Below are positions 52,180 through 64,000 of a stretch of DNA of 64,000 nucleotides, in pieces (position 1 is the first letter of the stretch; the number at the start of each line of letters is the position of its first letter). The notes below the pieces were generated by a model. The model had not been told where the DNA came from, ran no database searches, and worked only from the letters and a program-made list of their open reading frames with translations. A program made the position numbers and the translations under genes. The stretch spans positions 4,836,001 to 4,900,000 of the forward strand of contig OX597823.1 in NCBI GenBank assembly GCA_951406725.2, given 5' to 3'. The DNA is from Octopus vulgaris (taxonomy: Eukaryota).

Positions 52180-53180
52180 AAGGGTGACAAACTGGCAGGA
52201 TCATTAGAGCATCTGACAAAACACTTTGCAGTCTTTGTTCTGGCACTTTATGCTCTGAGTTCAAATCCTGCTGAGATCAGCTTTTAATTTTTTGAGAGTC
52301 AATAAATTAAAGTATCAGTCAAGTACTAGGATTAATGGTATCAACTATAAGCACCGAGAAGAATGTTTTGCTGCATATGTTTTGGTTCTTTAGTTTCTGA
52401 GTTCAAGTCCCACTGAGGTGACCTTTGCTTTTCATCTCTGCAGGGTTGATAAAATAAAGTACCAGTCAAGTACTGGAATTGATGCTTCCAGCTAACTCTC
52501 TTCCCCACAAAAGTTGCTGGCCTTATGTTTGCATCAGAAACCACTTGGTCAGATTGGCAGAATCATTTGATCATTGGATAAAATGTCTTGTGGAATTTGT
52601 TGTGATCCCTAACATTCTGAGTTCAGGTCTCACTGAGGTTAACCTTGGTATCTCTCCAGAGTTGATGAAATAAAATACCAGTCAAGTACTGGAAGTGATG
52701 GTATTGACAAACACCTTCCCACCAAATTTCAGGTTATGTGCCTCTACAAGAGACAATTATTATTTTTATTATCATTGAGAGTAAAATGATAAGCTTGCAA
52801 AATCTTTTGGGCATCATCTTCAAAGCAATATTTCTTCTGACTTGTGTTGTGAGTTCAACTTTTGCTGAGGTCAATTTTGCTTTTCATCCTTCAGGCTCAA
52901 TAAAATACAGTACCAGTTAAGTACTTAGTCTATGTAATCAACTGACCCTTTCATCTCAAGATTGGTGGCTTTGTGCCACAATTTGAAACCATCATTACTA
53001 TTGAATATGGTGGATTGGCTGGCTTGGCATAGTGTTGAACAAAATTCCTTATGATATTTACTTACACCACTTTACATTCTGAGTTCAAGTCTCACCTTGG
53101 TCAATTTTACTTTCCATCCTTCTGGAGTCAATAACAGTACTTGGGTTGATATAATCAACTACTCCTCCTTGCAAAAATTT
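52180..53180 (+). mobile_element. Older head-to-tail cluster of ~5 MetaSINE-like copies
   Basis: Recurring tgagttca...gaggt(c/t)aa...ataaagtaccagtcaagtact units. Confidence 0.7.
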
Positions 53181-53221
53181 CTCACTGTTTATATCTAACT
53201 GCACCAACACACACACACAAG

Positions 53222-54482
53222 GTCAGTCATGAAAATTACTGAGAGGGTTATAGCTCAATTGATTGGAAATAGAATTAAACTAGAAGAGATGCAGTTTGAT
53301 TGTGTACCTGGGAAGAGTACCACAGATGCCATCTTCCTAGTGAGACAGTTACTGGAAAAGTACTTGGCCAAAAAGTAAACCATTGTTCTTAGCCTTCATC
53401 TACCTAGAGAAAGCTTTTGACAGAGTTCCTTGCTATGTTATATGGTGGTCTCTAAGCAAGTTAGGAGTAGAGGAGTGGCTTGTTAGAGCTGTACAAGCCA
53501 TGTACAGTGGTGCTGTCAGTGATGTGAGAGTTGGCCATGAATACAGGGCTTAGTTCTCAGTTCACTCTTATTTATAATAGTCCTCCAGACCACAACAGAG
53601 GATTTCAAAACTGGGTGCCCGTGGGAACTACTATATGCTGATGACCTTGCTCTTATTGCAGAATCTTTATCAGAATTGGAGAAGAAATTCCAGGTATGGA
53701 AACAAAACCTGGAATCAAAAGGCCTTAAAGTTAACCTAGCTAAGACAAAAGTGGTTGTTAGTAAGAAAGAAGATTAAACTTTCTTTCTGTCAGGTAAATA
53801 GCCTTGCTCCACATGTAGGAAAGGAATTGGAAGAAATTGCATTCGCTGCACCCAGTGTAAACTATGGACACATAAGAGGTGTAGTGGTATCACAGATGTG
53901 GCAGATGTGCAGTAACAATAAGCAGTAAGGGCACACGGGAATTAGATTTTCTCAAATACCCAGGAGGCTCTCTTGAGGTTGTAGATAGTTTCTGTTACCT
54001 AGGTGACCAAATTAGCAATAGTGGAGGATGCTCTGAAAGTATTGTTTCGAGAATAAGAATTTGGTGGAGGAAGTTCAGAGAGCTATTACCTCTGTTGGCA
54101 ACAAAAGGACTCTCTCTCAGAGTGAAAGGTAGACTATATGATGCTTGTGTACGAACGGCTATACTCCACAGTAGTGTGACATGGACTCTGAATGTGTAGA
54201 CTGGAGAGAAATGAAGGTAGTATGCTCTGTTGGATGTGCAACATCAGTGCGTATGTATAACAAAGAGCAAATGTATTGAGAGAAAAGTTGGGCATAAGAG
54301 GAATCAAATGTAGCATGCAAGAGAGAAGACTGTGTTGGTTTGGACATGTGATGCGTATGAATGAGGACAGCTGCATAAAGAAGTGCCAATCACTGAAAGT
54401 AGATGGTACCCGCGAAAGAGGGAGACCCAGGAAGACATGGGATGAAGTGGTAAGGACCAATCTCAGGAAGTTGGGCCTCTGA
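53222..54482 (+). mobile_element. Decayed RTE LINE RT region
   Basis: STTDAIFLVRQL, FIYLEKAFDRVP, FKTGCPWELLYADDL, RLCWFGHVMRM, RGRPRKTWDEVV with stops and frameshifts. Confidence 0.9.
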
Positions 54483-56839
54483 AAACTTCTCACACACTCT
54501 GCCACAACAAACCAAACTACATCTCAACATCTCTTCCTCACATTTCTGCTTCATGTACTATGATTACCTCCCACTCACCAATCCTGTCCCCTTGGCCCTG
54601 TGCCACTGTATCATTGCTCTCGACCAGTGCATTTTACCCACATGTCTTGTTTCATTCTATTATTGCTATCTGCTAGCCCCTGATCTGCGTGTTCCACCCA
54701 CATGTAACAAGAAAATTCTTCCCCTCACCCTACCCCAATAAACCAATCTACATCTCATTCTCACATTTCCTCCTTCATACACTATGCCTAGCTCTCACTT
54801 CCCAATCCTGTCCTTACACCCCTGTTCCTCTGTATCATTGCTATCCAGTAGCCCCTCCAACTCTATATATACCCAGGTCTTTCACCACTTACTCGCACTC
54901 TTTAATCACACTCCCTTCACAATATCCTGTCACTTACATTATGGTATTTCAACCTCAAGTGTAAGCCCTGGCACTTGCCACCATCTCTCTCTCTCTCTTT
55001 CTCTTCCTTTACTAAACCATCTCATTTATATTCTCATCCTCGTTCCTTGTGAGTATGTCTGGCATTTTGCCACCATCTCTGTTCTGCTGCCTCCCACTCT
55101 CTCTCCTTCTCCTGGACTTCCCTCAAGTTGGATAACCATGTATTTTCTTTGTGCCTTCATTCTGTCTTCATTCCTGATCTTTCTCTCTCCAGCTGGGTAA
55201 TCTTGAACTTCCTGTACAGCAAGACACCTCTATCTGTCTCACAAGAACCTTTTCGTCATCACCTCCATTTTTTTTTAATGTTTTGCAAGTACTTGGTGAC
55301 GCTGTGAGTGCAGGTGCACTTAAAAAGCACCCAGTCCACACTATAAAGTGGTTGGTGTTTGGAAAGGCATCTAGCTGTAAAAACCTTGTCAAAAATGACC
55401 TCGCCTGTGCTTGTGCCACATAAAAAGCACTAAGTCCACTTTGCTGAGTGGTTGGTGTTAGGAAGGGCATCCAGCTGTAAAAATCCTGCCAAAACAGTCA
55501 CAGAAGTCTGGTGCAGGCTTCGGCCTGGCCAGCTCTTGTGATACTGTTCCACCCATACTAGCATGGAAGACGGACATTAAACAATGTTGATGATAATGAT
55601 ATATGATGGTTTCCATCTACCAAATCCACTTGCAAGGCTTTGATCAGCTAGAGGCCAAAGACACTTGCCCAAGGTGCCATACAGTAGAACTAACCTGGAA
55701 CCATGTGGTTGGGAAACAAACTTCTTACCACACAGCCACACCTATCCACATACATACACACACACATGCACACACACACACATATTTATATATGACTCCT
55801 ACACGTTTATGTACATCCTTTTTAGTGCACTTAGTGCATTTATATAAATGTGTTTACAAAATGTCAAATGATACTGTGATAAATATGTTTTTGAATTGAA
55901 ACTTCTACACTAGCGAGTGCTCAACATATTCAGCTATACCTGCACATACTATATACAGTAGTATTTATATTATTTGTATTGCTCTACTACTCAGTACTAT
56001 GGATATTTAGGGAGAGAGAGAGTGAAAAATTGAACAGAATAACAAAGGAACACATGGAAAAATCACACGAAACACAGACATGCTCATCTCATCAGTTATC
56101 GACCAAAAATCATCACAATTTTGAGCCATTATTGAGAATGCTTGACAACTGGTATTGGTGTATTTGCTTCCCTGTAAGTTCGCAGTTTGGCAAAAGAGTC
56201 CAATAGAATAAGTATCAGGCTTGGAAAAGAAAAAAATAATAAGTACTTGGGTTGATTCATTTGACTAAAAGTTCTTCAGTGCAGTGCTCCAGCATGACCA
56301 TAGTCTAATGGCTGAAACAAGTAAAAGCTAATAGATCAAAGTGGTTTCTTTTGTGCCATAAACCATTTACCATTTTTGGTCATGCCCCCTTCCATTTGGT
56401 GCCCAAAGCACGTGCTTATTTTGCTTAACAGTTGATCCAGTGCTGTCTGCACTGCTTATAGTTCTCTACACTACATTACACTACAATACACTAGAGCAAG
56501 CATGGATAACCTTCACCGTTTATGAGCCTCATGTAGTCCTTTACATCTTTTTGTATAGCACATGTAATGAAATATTATAATAATATTATATAAACATAAT
56601 TTATAACTAAAACTTTGTAACTTAATATTTAGTTCCGTCTCTGTTAAGTCGAACAATGTTATTTCTTTCTTTCTTTCATTCCCTTATGATTTCTCTCTCA
56701 AGCAAATTTTTATGATTTGCTTGGTGTATGATATTATATAATGAATAAACACTGAGCGGTCTTTGGTTTGAGGTGCATATATCTGTAGGGCTGTTAATGA
56801 AACCAAAACAATCTGGAACAATATGAAAATAGACTTGGT

Positions 56840-57240
56840 AGGCGTAGGAGTGGCCGTGTGGTAAGTAGCTTGCTTACCAACCACATGGTTCCGGGTTCAA
56901 TCCCACTGCGTGGCACCTTGGGCAAGTGTCTTCTACTATAGCCACAGGATGACCAAAGCCTTGTGAGTGGATTTAATAGATAGAAACTGAAAGAAGCCCG
57001 TCGTATATATATGTATGTGTGTGCATATATGTTTGTGTGTCTATATTTGTCTCCCCAACATTGCTTGACAACCGATGCTGGTGTGTTTACGTCCCCGTAA
57101 CTTAGCGATTCAGGTAAAAGAGACCGATAGAATAAGTACTAGTCTTACAAAGAATAAGTCCTGGGGTCAATTTGCTCAACTAAAGGCAGTGCTCTAGCAT
57201 GGCCACATTCAAATGACTGAAACAAGTAAAAGAGAAAGAG
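56840..57240 (+). mobile_element. Full-length octopus-type tRNA-derived SINE
   Basis: GGCGTAGGAG-TGGCCGTGTGG (A box), GGTTCAATCCC (B box), internal (TA/TG)n, 3' end tgactgaaacaagtaaaagag; many copies in the window. Confidence 0.85.
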
Positions 57241-58251
57241 AGGATATCTCGAGTAAGCAGAACAAATATGTAAAGGTTTAAAAGTCACTTATTAAATGTC
57301 ATTATTATAGATTTCTCTTTTTAATTGCTGAACAATCAAATTTTTTGAAGTTATGCTAGCATCATGAAAAAGGAAACACACAGGTTTCAAATTTTGACAC
57401 AACACCAGCAATTTCAAGGGAAGGATGGAAGTCAATAACCCCCCCGTGCTTAAATAGTACTTATTTTATCAACCCCAAAAGGACAAAAGGTCAAGTCAAC
57501 TTCAGTGGAATGTGAACTCAGAAGAAACACTGCTAACCATTGTATCTGGCATGCTAACAATTTTTCCAGCTTGCCACCTTACACATGCACACACATAGAT
57601 ATATATATATTGACAGCATATAATGTACTGTTATTAGATATGATGTTTGTTAAATTATTATTTTAGTATAGCACCAACATATGATACTTTATGCATATGC
57701 ACTATTCACTGCCAAGATACTGAGATAAATGTACTGTATTAAAAACAATATTTATCAGAGGAAGACGAAAAAGTGGCTGGCAAGAATGCCTGATGCATTT
57801 AAACCTTCTTTGGCCTTGTCAATGGCATGCACATGTAGGTACATAGCTAGCCAAGATTTGCCATTTCTGATATATAGGAAACAATGAATAATATGTTCAC
57901 TGATATTGCGAATAATGGTTCTTTCCAATGTCAACTTTCATCCCTTTGAAGTTTTGGAATCAATATACTGAATAATTTTCTCTCTACCAAAATTGCTGGC
58001 CTTGTGTCTAAAACAAAAACCATTATTATTGTTGTTGTTAAGGCAGTGACCAGGCAGAATTATTAGCCTGCTGGGCACAATGCTGCTAAGCATTTTGCAC
58101 ATTTTTAAACACTGAGTTCAAATTCTGCCAAGGTTGACTTTGCTATTCATCCTTTTGTGGTCTATAAAATAACTACCAGCTTAAATACCTAGGTCAATGT
58201 AATCAACCTACTCGTCCCCCAAAATTTCAGACTGTGCCTTTAGTAGAAAGG

Positions 58252-58296
<45 letters not shown>

Positions 58297-58298
<2 letters not shown>

Positions 58299-58811
58299 AA
58301 AAGTGGCTAGCAAGAATGCCTGATGCATTTAAACCTTCTCCAAGTTCCACCCAGAGACCTCAAGAGACAACAAGTTGGAAGTTCATGTTGGTGTTATGCC
58401 TAGGGTGCCATATATTTGGTTTTGTACTTAGTGTCATACTAGTGAATGCCTAAAAAAACCATACGAAAATTATGTTTGTTTTAAAACTTGAGATTACATA
58501 GAAAGTATTTTGCATAGGATATGAGCAGTTCCCATGAGCACTATCTTTTGAATTTCTGCCATTTTGAGGTTTCCTGGTATCTGAGTTAGGTAGCAATCAG
58601 CCCTTTTTGCTATCATTCCCAGGGCACCTATCACAACAGGTATTGTTTTAGTCTTCAGGTTCCACATTTTGCTGATTTCTATTTCCAGATCTTTATATTT
58701 GCTCAGTTTCTGGTAGGTCTTGACAGATACGTTTGTATCGATTGGGACAGTCATATCAATGAGGAGGTATGTTTTTTGTCTGAAGTCTTTTACTATGATG
58801 TCTTTTTTACT
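58297..58811 (-). mobile_element. R4/Dong-like RLE 3' fragment between (TTA)n/(TAA)n tracts
   Basis: DIIVKDFRQKTYLLIDMTVP...KLSKYKDLEIEISKMWNLKTKTIPVVIGALG. Confidence 0.88.
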
Positions 58812-58835
58812 ATAATAATAATAATAATAATAATA

Positions 58836-58873
<38 letters not shown>

Positions 58874-59449
58874 GGTGGTCAGCTGGAACAATTGTTTGAG
58901 CATCAGAAAAATTGCACTGCCATATTTTTATTCTGACTCCATATGCTCTAAGTTCAAATTCTGCAGAGGTCAAATTTGCCTTTTATCCTTACAGGATTGA
59001 TAAAACAAAGTATCAGTCATGTATTGGTATCATCAACTCCTCCTCCTCCTCCCCCCTTCAAAGCTGCTGGTCTTGTGTCTGAATGAGAAACTGTCCTGTC
59101 ACCAGTTCTCACCTGTTTCAAAGCAAAGTAATATTCTCCATGACCAGAGAAGTTCCCACAGAAGTATTGAAATGAAGGATACTGCTTTCATGTCAGTGAT
59201 ATATCATGGACTGTTAGAAGCTTACAAACGTCCTGCACTTAGATCCTTGGATTTTACAATTACATATCAATAATATATATATATATGTGTGTGTGTATCT
59301 GTAAACTATGAATTAGGGTATCTGAGAGATACCACCATGCTGAAATAGCAGTCAAAACCCTGACCCTAAAACCACCTTAAATGTTCATATTGCGCCATGA
59401 GAGAAGGCAGAAAGGCAAAATAAACTAGCAAAAAAGATTTTACTGGATA

Positions 59450-59508
59450 ATTCAAGATCCTGGATTTCTGGCTTTGCTTCAGAGAAGCTCTACCTTCTTC
59501 AGTTGAAT
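59450..59508 (-). ncRNA. Type I hammerhead ribozyme motif (AUC site)
   Basis: Minus strand ATTCAA-CTGAAGA-AGGT..GCTTC-TCT-GAAGC..GCCA-GAAA-TCC-A-GGA-TC-TTGAAT; 6-bp stem I. Confidence 0.75.
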
Positions 59509-60477
59509 ATACCAGAAAGCACATAAATACAGATACATATATACACAAAACATACGTTATACTTACATACACGAACGCCCCCACATACATATATATGCAC
59601 GCATGTACAACACCAGCCTAAATGGCCCGCCAAACATCTCCAAGCACGATATGGTCATATGTATATATGGTAGGCTTCTTTTAGTGTCCATTTACCATGT
59701 CCATTCACAAGCCTTTAGATGATCTGGACTATTGTATAAGAGACACTTGCTCAAGGTGGCACACAGTGGGACTAAACTTGAGACCATGTGGTTCAGAGGC
59801 GAACTTCTTACCACATAGCCATACCTGTGCCTAACCATGCCTGAACCACGAAAAGAAAATTAGGCTACTGTAACTTTATAAGTATGCAACTTATTTTAAA
59901 TTATTGCTTTGGTCTTGAGGATTAATTTTCTTCACATGTTGGTTCTTTTTTAGAGACTTCCTTAGGAGGTGGTTTCAAATTTCACTACGGTCGAAATTTT
60001 GCCTTGTGGATGAGGGGTTCCCACCCTTGGTTCCCAACCTCTCTAAGTTAATTGTGATATCTGTTTGAACAATTATTATTATGGTGCCTTTTTTGTCTTA
60101 AAGAAGAGTGAAAGAACAGCTTTGGTCATGAGAACTGTACCATATCTTGGAAATGTTAAGTGAAGTGTTACAGGTTGTGTGCGTATGTATAAGGGTGTGT
60201 ACATGTGTATATATGCAAATAAGTGTGTATACATACATACATATATATATATATAGTATCTATGTGTGCATATATATATAAAATAATTAAATATATATAT
60301 ATGCATACATACATATGTATGTATATATATATATATGTGTGTGTATGTGTCTGTGTGTGCATGTGTGTATTGATATGAATATATTAGATATATGCATATG
60401 TATATATATATATACATACGTATAAACATACATGTATATACGTATATGCATATATACACACACATACATGTATATAT

Positions 60478-60526
<49 letters not shown>

Positions 60527-61084
60527 TGTATATACATATGTACATACATATATATATGTTCCCAAAGAGAACCAACCATGTCTCCCTTTAATGATACGCA
60601 ACTCATTCAAAGAACCGTCCCAGTTGGATAAATTTTGTTTTCTTTCCTTATGTCTTTGAATGTTTCCCATCGCAACAAGGCTTCACATACACATGTTCTT
60701 CATCAGCAGAAAACAGTTGGGCTGTCTAAGCAATTTCCTGACATACGACTGTCTTAGTATTTAACGCAGCAAACAGTATATTTGTTAGCTGTCTCCCAAT
60801 ACAAATTATAAAATGCCTTTGAATATTTGACACTGTCTCAGATCACATCTAACAAATTGTATTTTATGGTGTCATGATATCATGTAAAAAAATTGAAAAA
60901 GGTGTGAATTACAGGGAAAATGTTCTTGCTAGAACACCTGTCAGAAATATTCTGTGAATTGTGCTAAACACCGTTTGGAAATGTTTTTGTCTTCAAACAA
61001 CAATCTCAGATTCTCAAATGCTATTGTTCATTGGATGATTTGAGATGTAGTGGAAGCATTTCATATTGATAAATAATAATAATA

Positions 61085-61900
61085 ATAATAATGATAATAA
61101 TAAAATGTCTGTTGTCCATGCTGGCATGGGTTGGACAGTTTGACGAGGGCAGGTAAGCTGAGGGGCTACACAGACACCAGCATGATCTGGCATTGTTTCT
61201 ATGTTTGGATGTCCTTCCTAATGCCAACTACTTGGAGAGTGTAATGTGCCACCAGCATGATTGTTAGTTGCTAGTACCAGTATCACTTGGCTTGATGGGT
61301 ATTCTTCTCGAGTATGCATATTGCTGAAGGTCCCAGTCATTTATCATTGCCTCCATGAGGCCCAGCAATCGAAAGGTGCTTTTTATGTGCCACTGGGATG
61401 GGTGCTAGATATGCGACACCGGCATCGGCTACATTGCCTTTGTGAGGTCCAATGCTTGAAAGGTGCTGGTTATGTACCAATTACATGACACTCGTATCAG
61501 CCGTGATGATTTCATCTGGCTTGACGGGTCCTCTCAAGCATGGCATATCATCACTAGTCATTGCCTCCATGAAGCCCAACATTTGAAGATCATGCTTCAC
61601 CACTTTGTCCCATGTCTTCCTGAATCTACCTCTTCCACAGGTTCCCTCTACAGTTCTTTACACAACTGTCCTCGTCCATAAGCATCACATGACCATATCA
61701 ATGCAGCTGTCTCTCTTGCACATCACATCTGATGCCTCTTATGCCTAACTTTTCTCTCAAGACACACTCTGTTGTACATGCAAACTAACTTTGTACATCC
61801 AGCGAAGCATGCTAGCTTCATTTCTTTTAAGCCTACGCATGTCCTCAGTGGTTACAGCCCATGTTTTGCTGCCAGGTAGCATAGCTATTTGCACACAACC
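61085..61900 (-). mobile_element. Old RTE 3' fragment with UTR
   Basis: Reverse complement of the RTE C-terminus and UTR, similar to 45375-46330. Confidence 0.75.
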
Positions 61901-62217
61901 ATCATCCTTTTAACATCCACTTGTCCATGCTTTTATGGGTCAGATGAAATTTGTGGAGGCAGATTTTCTATGGCTAGATGCCCTTGTTATTACCAACCCT
62001 CATCTGTTTCTAAGGAAGGGTATATTTCCTGTCGCCACACATATTTTCCACAGAATACTGGAACATACAACATTACTTGTATGATGGTGATGTTTGTTAA
62101 AAATCATCATGCATATGAACATACATATGCATATCCATATTATATGTATAACTTAGTGTGCTTCTGTTTTCAGAATTATATTTATGGATGATATATATAT
62201 ATATATATATATATATA

Positions 62218-62828
62218 TCATCATCATCATCATCATTCTTTAACGTCTGTTTTTCATTCTGGCATGACAGTTCGACTGAGTTCTGGAGAGTCAGCGACTG
62301 CACCAGGCTCCAGTCTGATCTGGCAATGTTTCTACTGCTGGATGCCCTTCCTAACACCAACCACTCCAAGAGTGTAGTGGGTCCTTTTGTGTGCCACCAG
62401 CACAGAAGCCAGTCAGGCAGGCCTGGCATTGATTTCGTTTGGATGGTGCTTTTTACATGCCACCGACACAGGAGTCAATCAGGGGGTACTGGCATCGGCC
62501 ATGTTCGGATGGTGCTTTTTACATGCCACAGGCACGGAGACCAGTCAGGCTGTCCTGGCATCGATCACATTCGGATAGTGCTTTTTACATTCTACAGGCA
62601 CGGGGACCAGTCAGGCTGTCCTGGCATCGATCACATTTGGATAGTGCTTTTTACATGTCACCGGCACAGGAGCCAGTCAGGGGGTACTGGCATCGGCCAC
62701 GCTTGGATGGTCCTTTTTACATGCCACCAGCACAGGAGCTAGTCAGGGGGTACAGGCATTGGCCACATTTGGATGGTGCTTTTTACGTACCACCAGTATG
62801 GAGGCCAGTCAGGCGGTCCTGGCATCGA

Positions 62829-62830
<2 letters not shown>
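62218..62830 (-). mobile_element. RTE 3' UTR copy with expanded 66-bp tandem array (~7 units)
   Basis: ggat(g/a)gtgctttttac units at 62441, 62507, 62573, 62639, 62705, 62771. Confidence 0.88.
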
Positions 62831-62899
<69 letters not shown>

Positions 62900-62901
62900 C
62901 A

Positions 62902-63065
62902 TCCACTACACTCACGGAGTGGTTGGCATTAGGAAGGGCATCCAGCCGTAGAAACATTGCCAGATCAGACTGGGCCTGGTGCAGCCTTCTGGCTTCCCAG
63001 ACCCCAGTTGAACCGTCCAACCCATGCTAGCATGGAAAGCGGACGCTAAGCGATGATGATGATGA
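62902..63065 (+). mobile_element. Short RTE 3' UTR copy
   Basis: ccactacactcacggagtgg...ggacgctaagcgatgatg. Confidence 0.85.
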
Positions 63066-63965
63066 TATATATGATATAGTTATATCTGCATCTGTAGGGA
63101 GCTTTGTCTCCATTGTCAGCTTACTTAGATAGTGCTTTTGTGGCGAATGAGTTGTTTTGACTCTTATTTCTAGCAATGCTGGTACCACTTTGTACCCTCT
63201 GTACTTTAGTGATGTCTATAAATTTGCCTTTAAGTTGTTAAATTGCTAATAAGCCACCTACATTATTTATATATATATATATTTGTAGATGACAGGCTAC
63301 ATTTAGTTTCCATCTACCAAATCCACTCCCAAGCCTTTGGTCACTCTGGGCCTATAGTAGAAGGCACTTGCCCAAAGTACCATGCAGTGGGACTGAACCT
63401 GATACCACATGGTTGGGAAGTAAACTTCTCAAACACGCCCACACCTATATGCATGTGTGTTTGTGTGCATAATGTATATGTATGTATACATACGTGTGTG
63501 TTTATATATATGAGTTGGTTTATCTGTTATTTTCCTGTTTTTGTTGTTGTCAGTTTAAAGATAATAAGAATTTGCATCGTGTTACAAACAGACCAAAGGA
63601 AATTAGTTATAATGACACATGTTTTACTTCAATGATGGAGGAAAAAAAAACAACACGCACACACACACACGCGCGCGCGCAAAGCACGGATGTTTGTTTT
63701 TTTTCCACCTCCCCTTGGCTATGCATGTAGGCGGTTATTTTATGTGTAGGCAGGGCAGTCACATGAAAGGACATACAAGGGGGTGTTTTGAATCATGTGG
63801 TGTGTGTAATATCTCCACACACTGAGCATGCATGCATGTTTTACTATGCATGCAGTATGTATACAATATACCATACGTCTCTGCATGGGCACAACTAGCA
63901 AATTTATCTTTGTATTATCTTTGAAAAAGAGCTGATTTCTGTAAGTTTATATTTGTCTTGAAAGA

Positions 63966-64000
63966 ACTAACCAAGATAGCATTTTGCTTTTTCACTTCAG
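63966..64000 (+). other. Candidate branch point + polypyrimidine tract + 3' splice acceptor
   Basis: ACTAAC at 63966-63971, then ttttgctttttcacttcAG ending at 64000. Confidence 0.5.

Noticed and set aside
62378-62830. Regularly spaced repeats resembling a CRISPR array
   Set aside because: Whole units are homologous with no unique spacers, there are no cas genes, and the context is a eukaryotic LINE UTR

Overview
AT-rich, microsatellite-dense animal DNA, most likely an octopus (cephalopod) intron or intergenic region; this is inferred from the tRNA-derived SINE families, (GAT)n-tailed RTE LINEs and extreme (TA)n/(CA)n density. I find no recognisable host protein-coding exon; every interpretable ORF is a transposon remnant. 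These include Tc1 and mariner fragments, MITEs (one a 768-bp palindrome with an 8-bp TSD), a Helitron with a helicase C-terminus, several RTE LINEs, a CR1-like LINE, two R4/Dong-like RLE fragments and two Penelope-like (RT + GIY-YIG) elements. The most notable non-coding signals are: (i) eight minimal type I hammerhead ribozyme motifs plus degenerate ones, with diverse flanks, most inside short (TA)n-embedded Penelope-type inserts and three with a CCGANGA core; (ii) a tandemly repeated putative H-type pseudoknot unit in the RTE 3' UTR; (iii) local rearrangements (a 525-bp duplication bracketed by inverted Penelope-type ends, a template-switch inversion, a 5'-inverted PLE); (iv) a CpG-richer, SINE-poor zone at ~18-25.7 kb and a strong + strand 3' splice site at the last base of the window. 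All calls were made by eye; element boundaries are approximate unless TIRs or TSDs are quoted.
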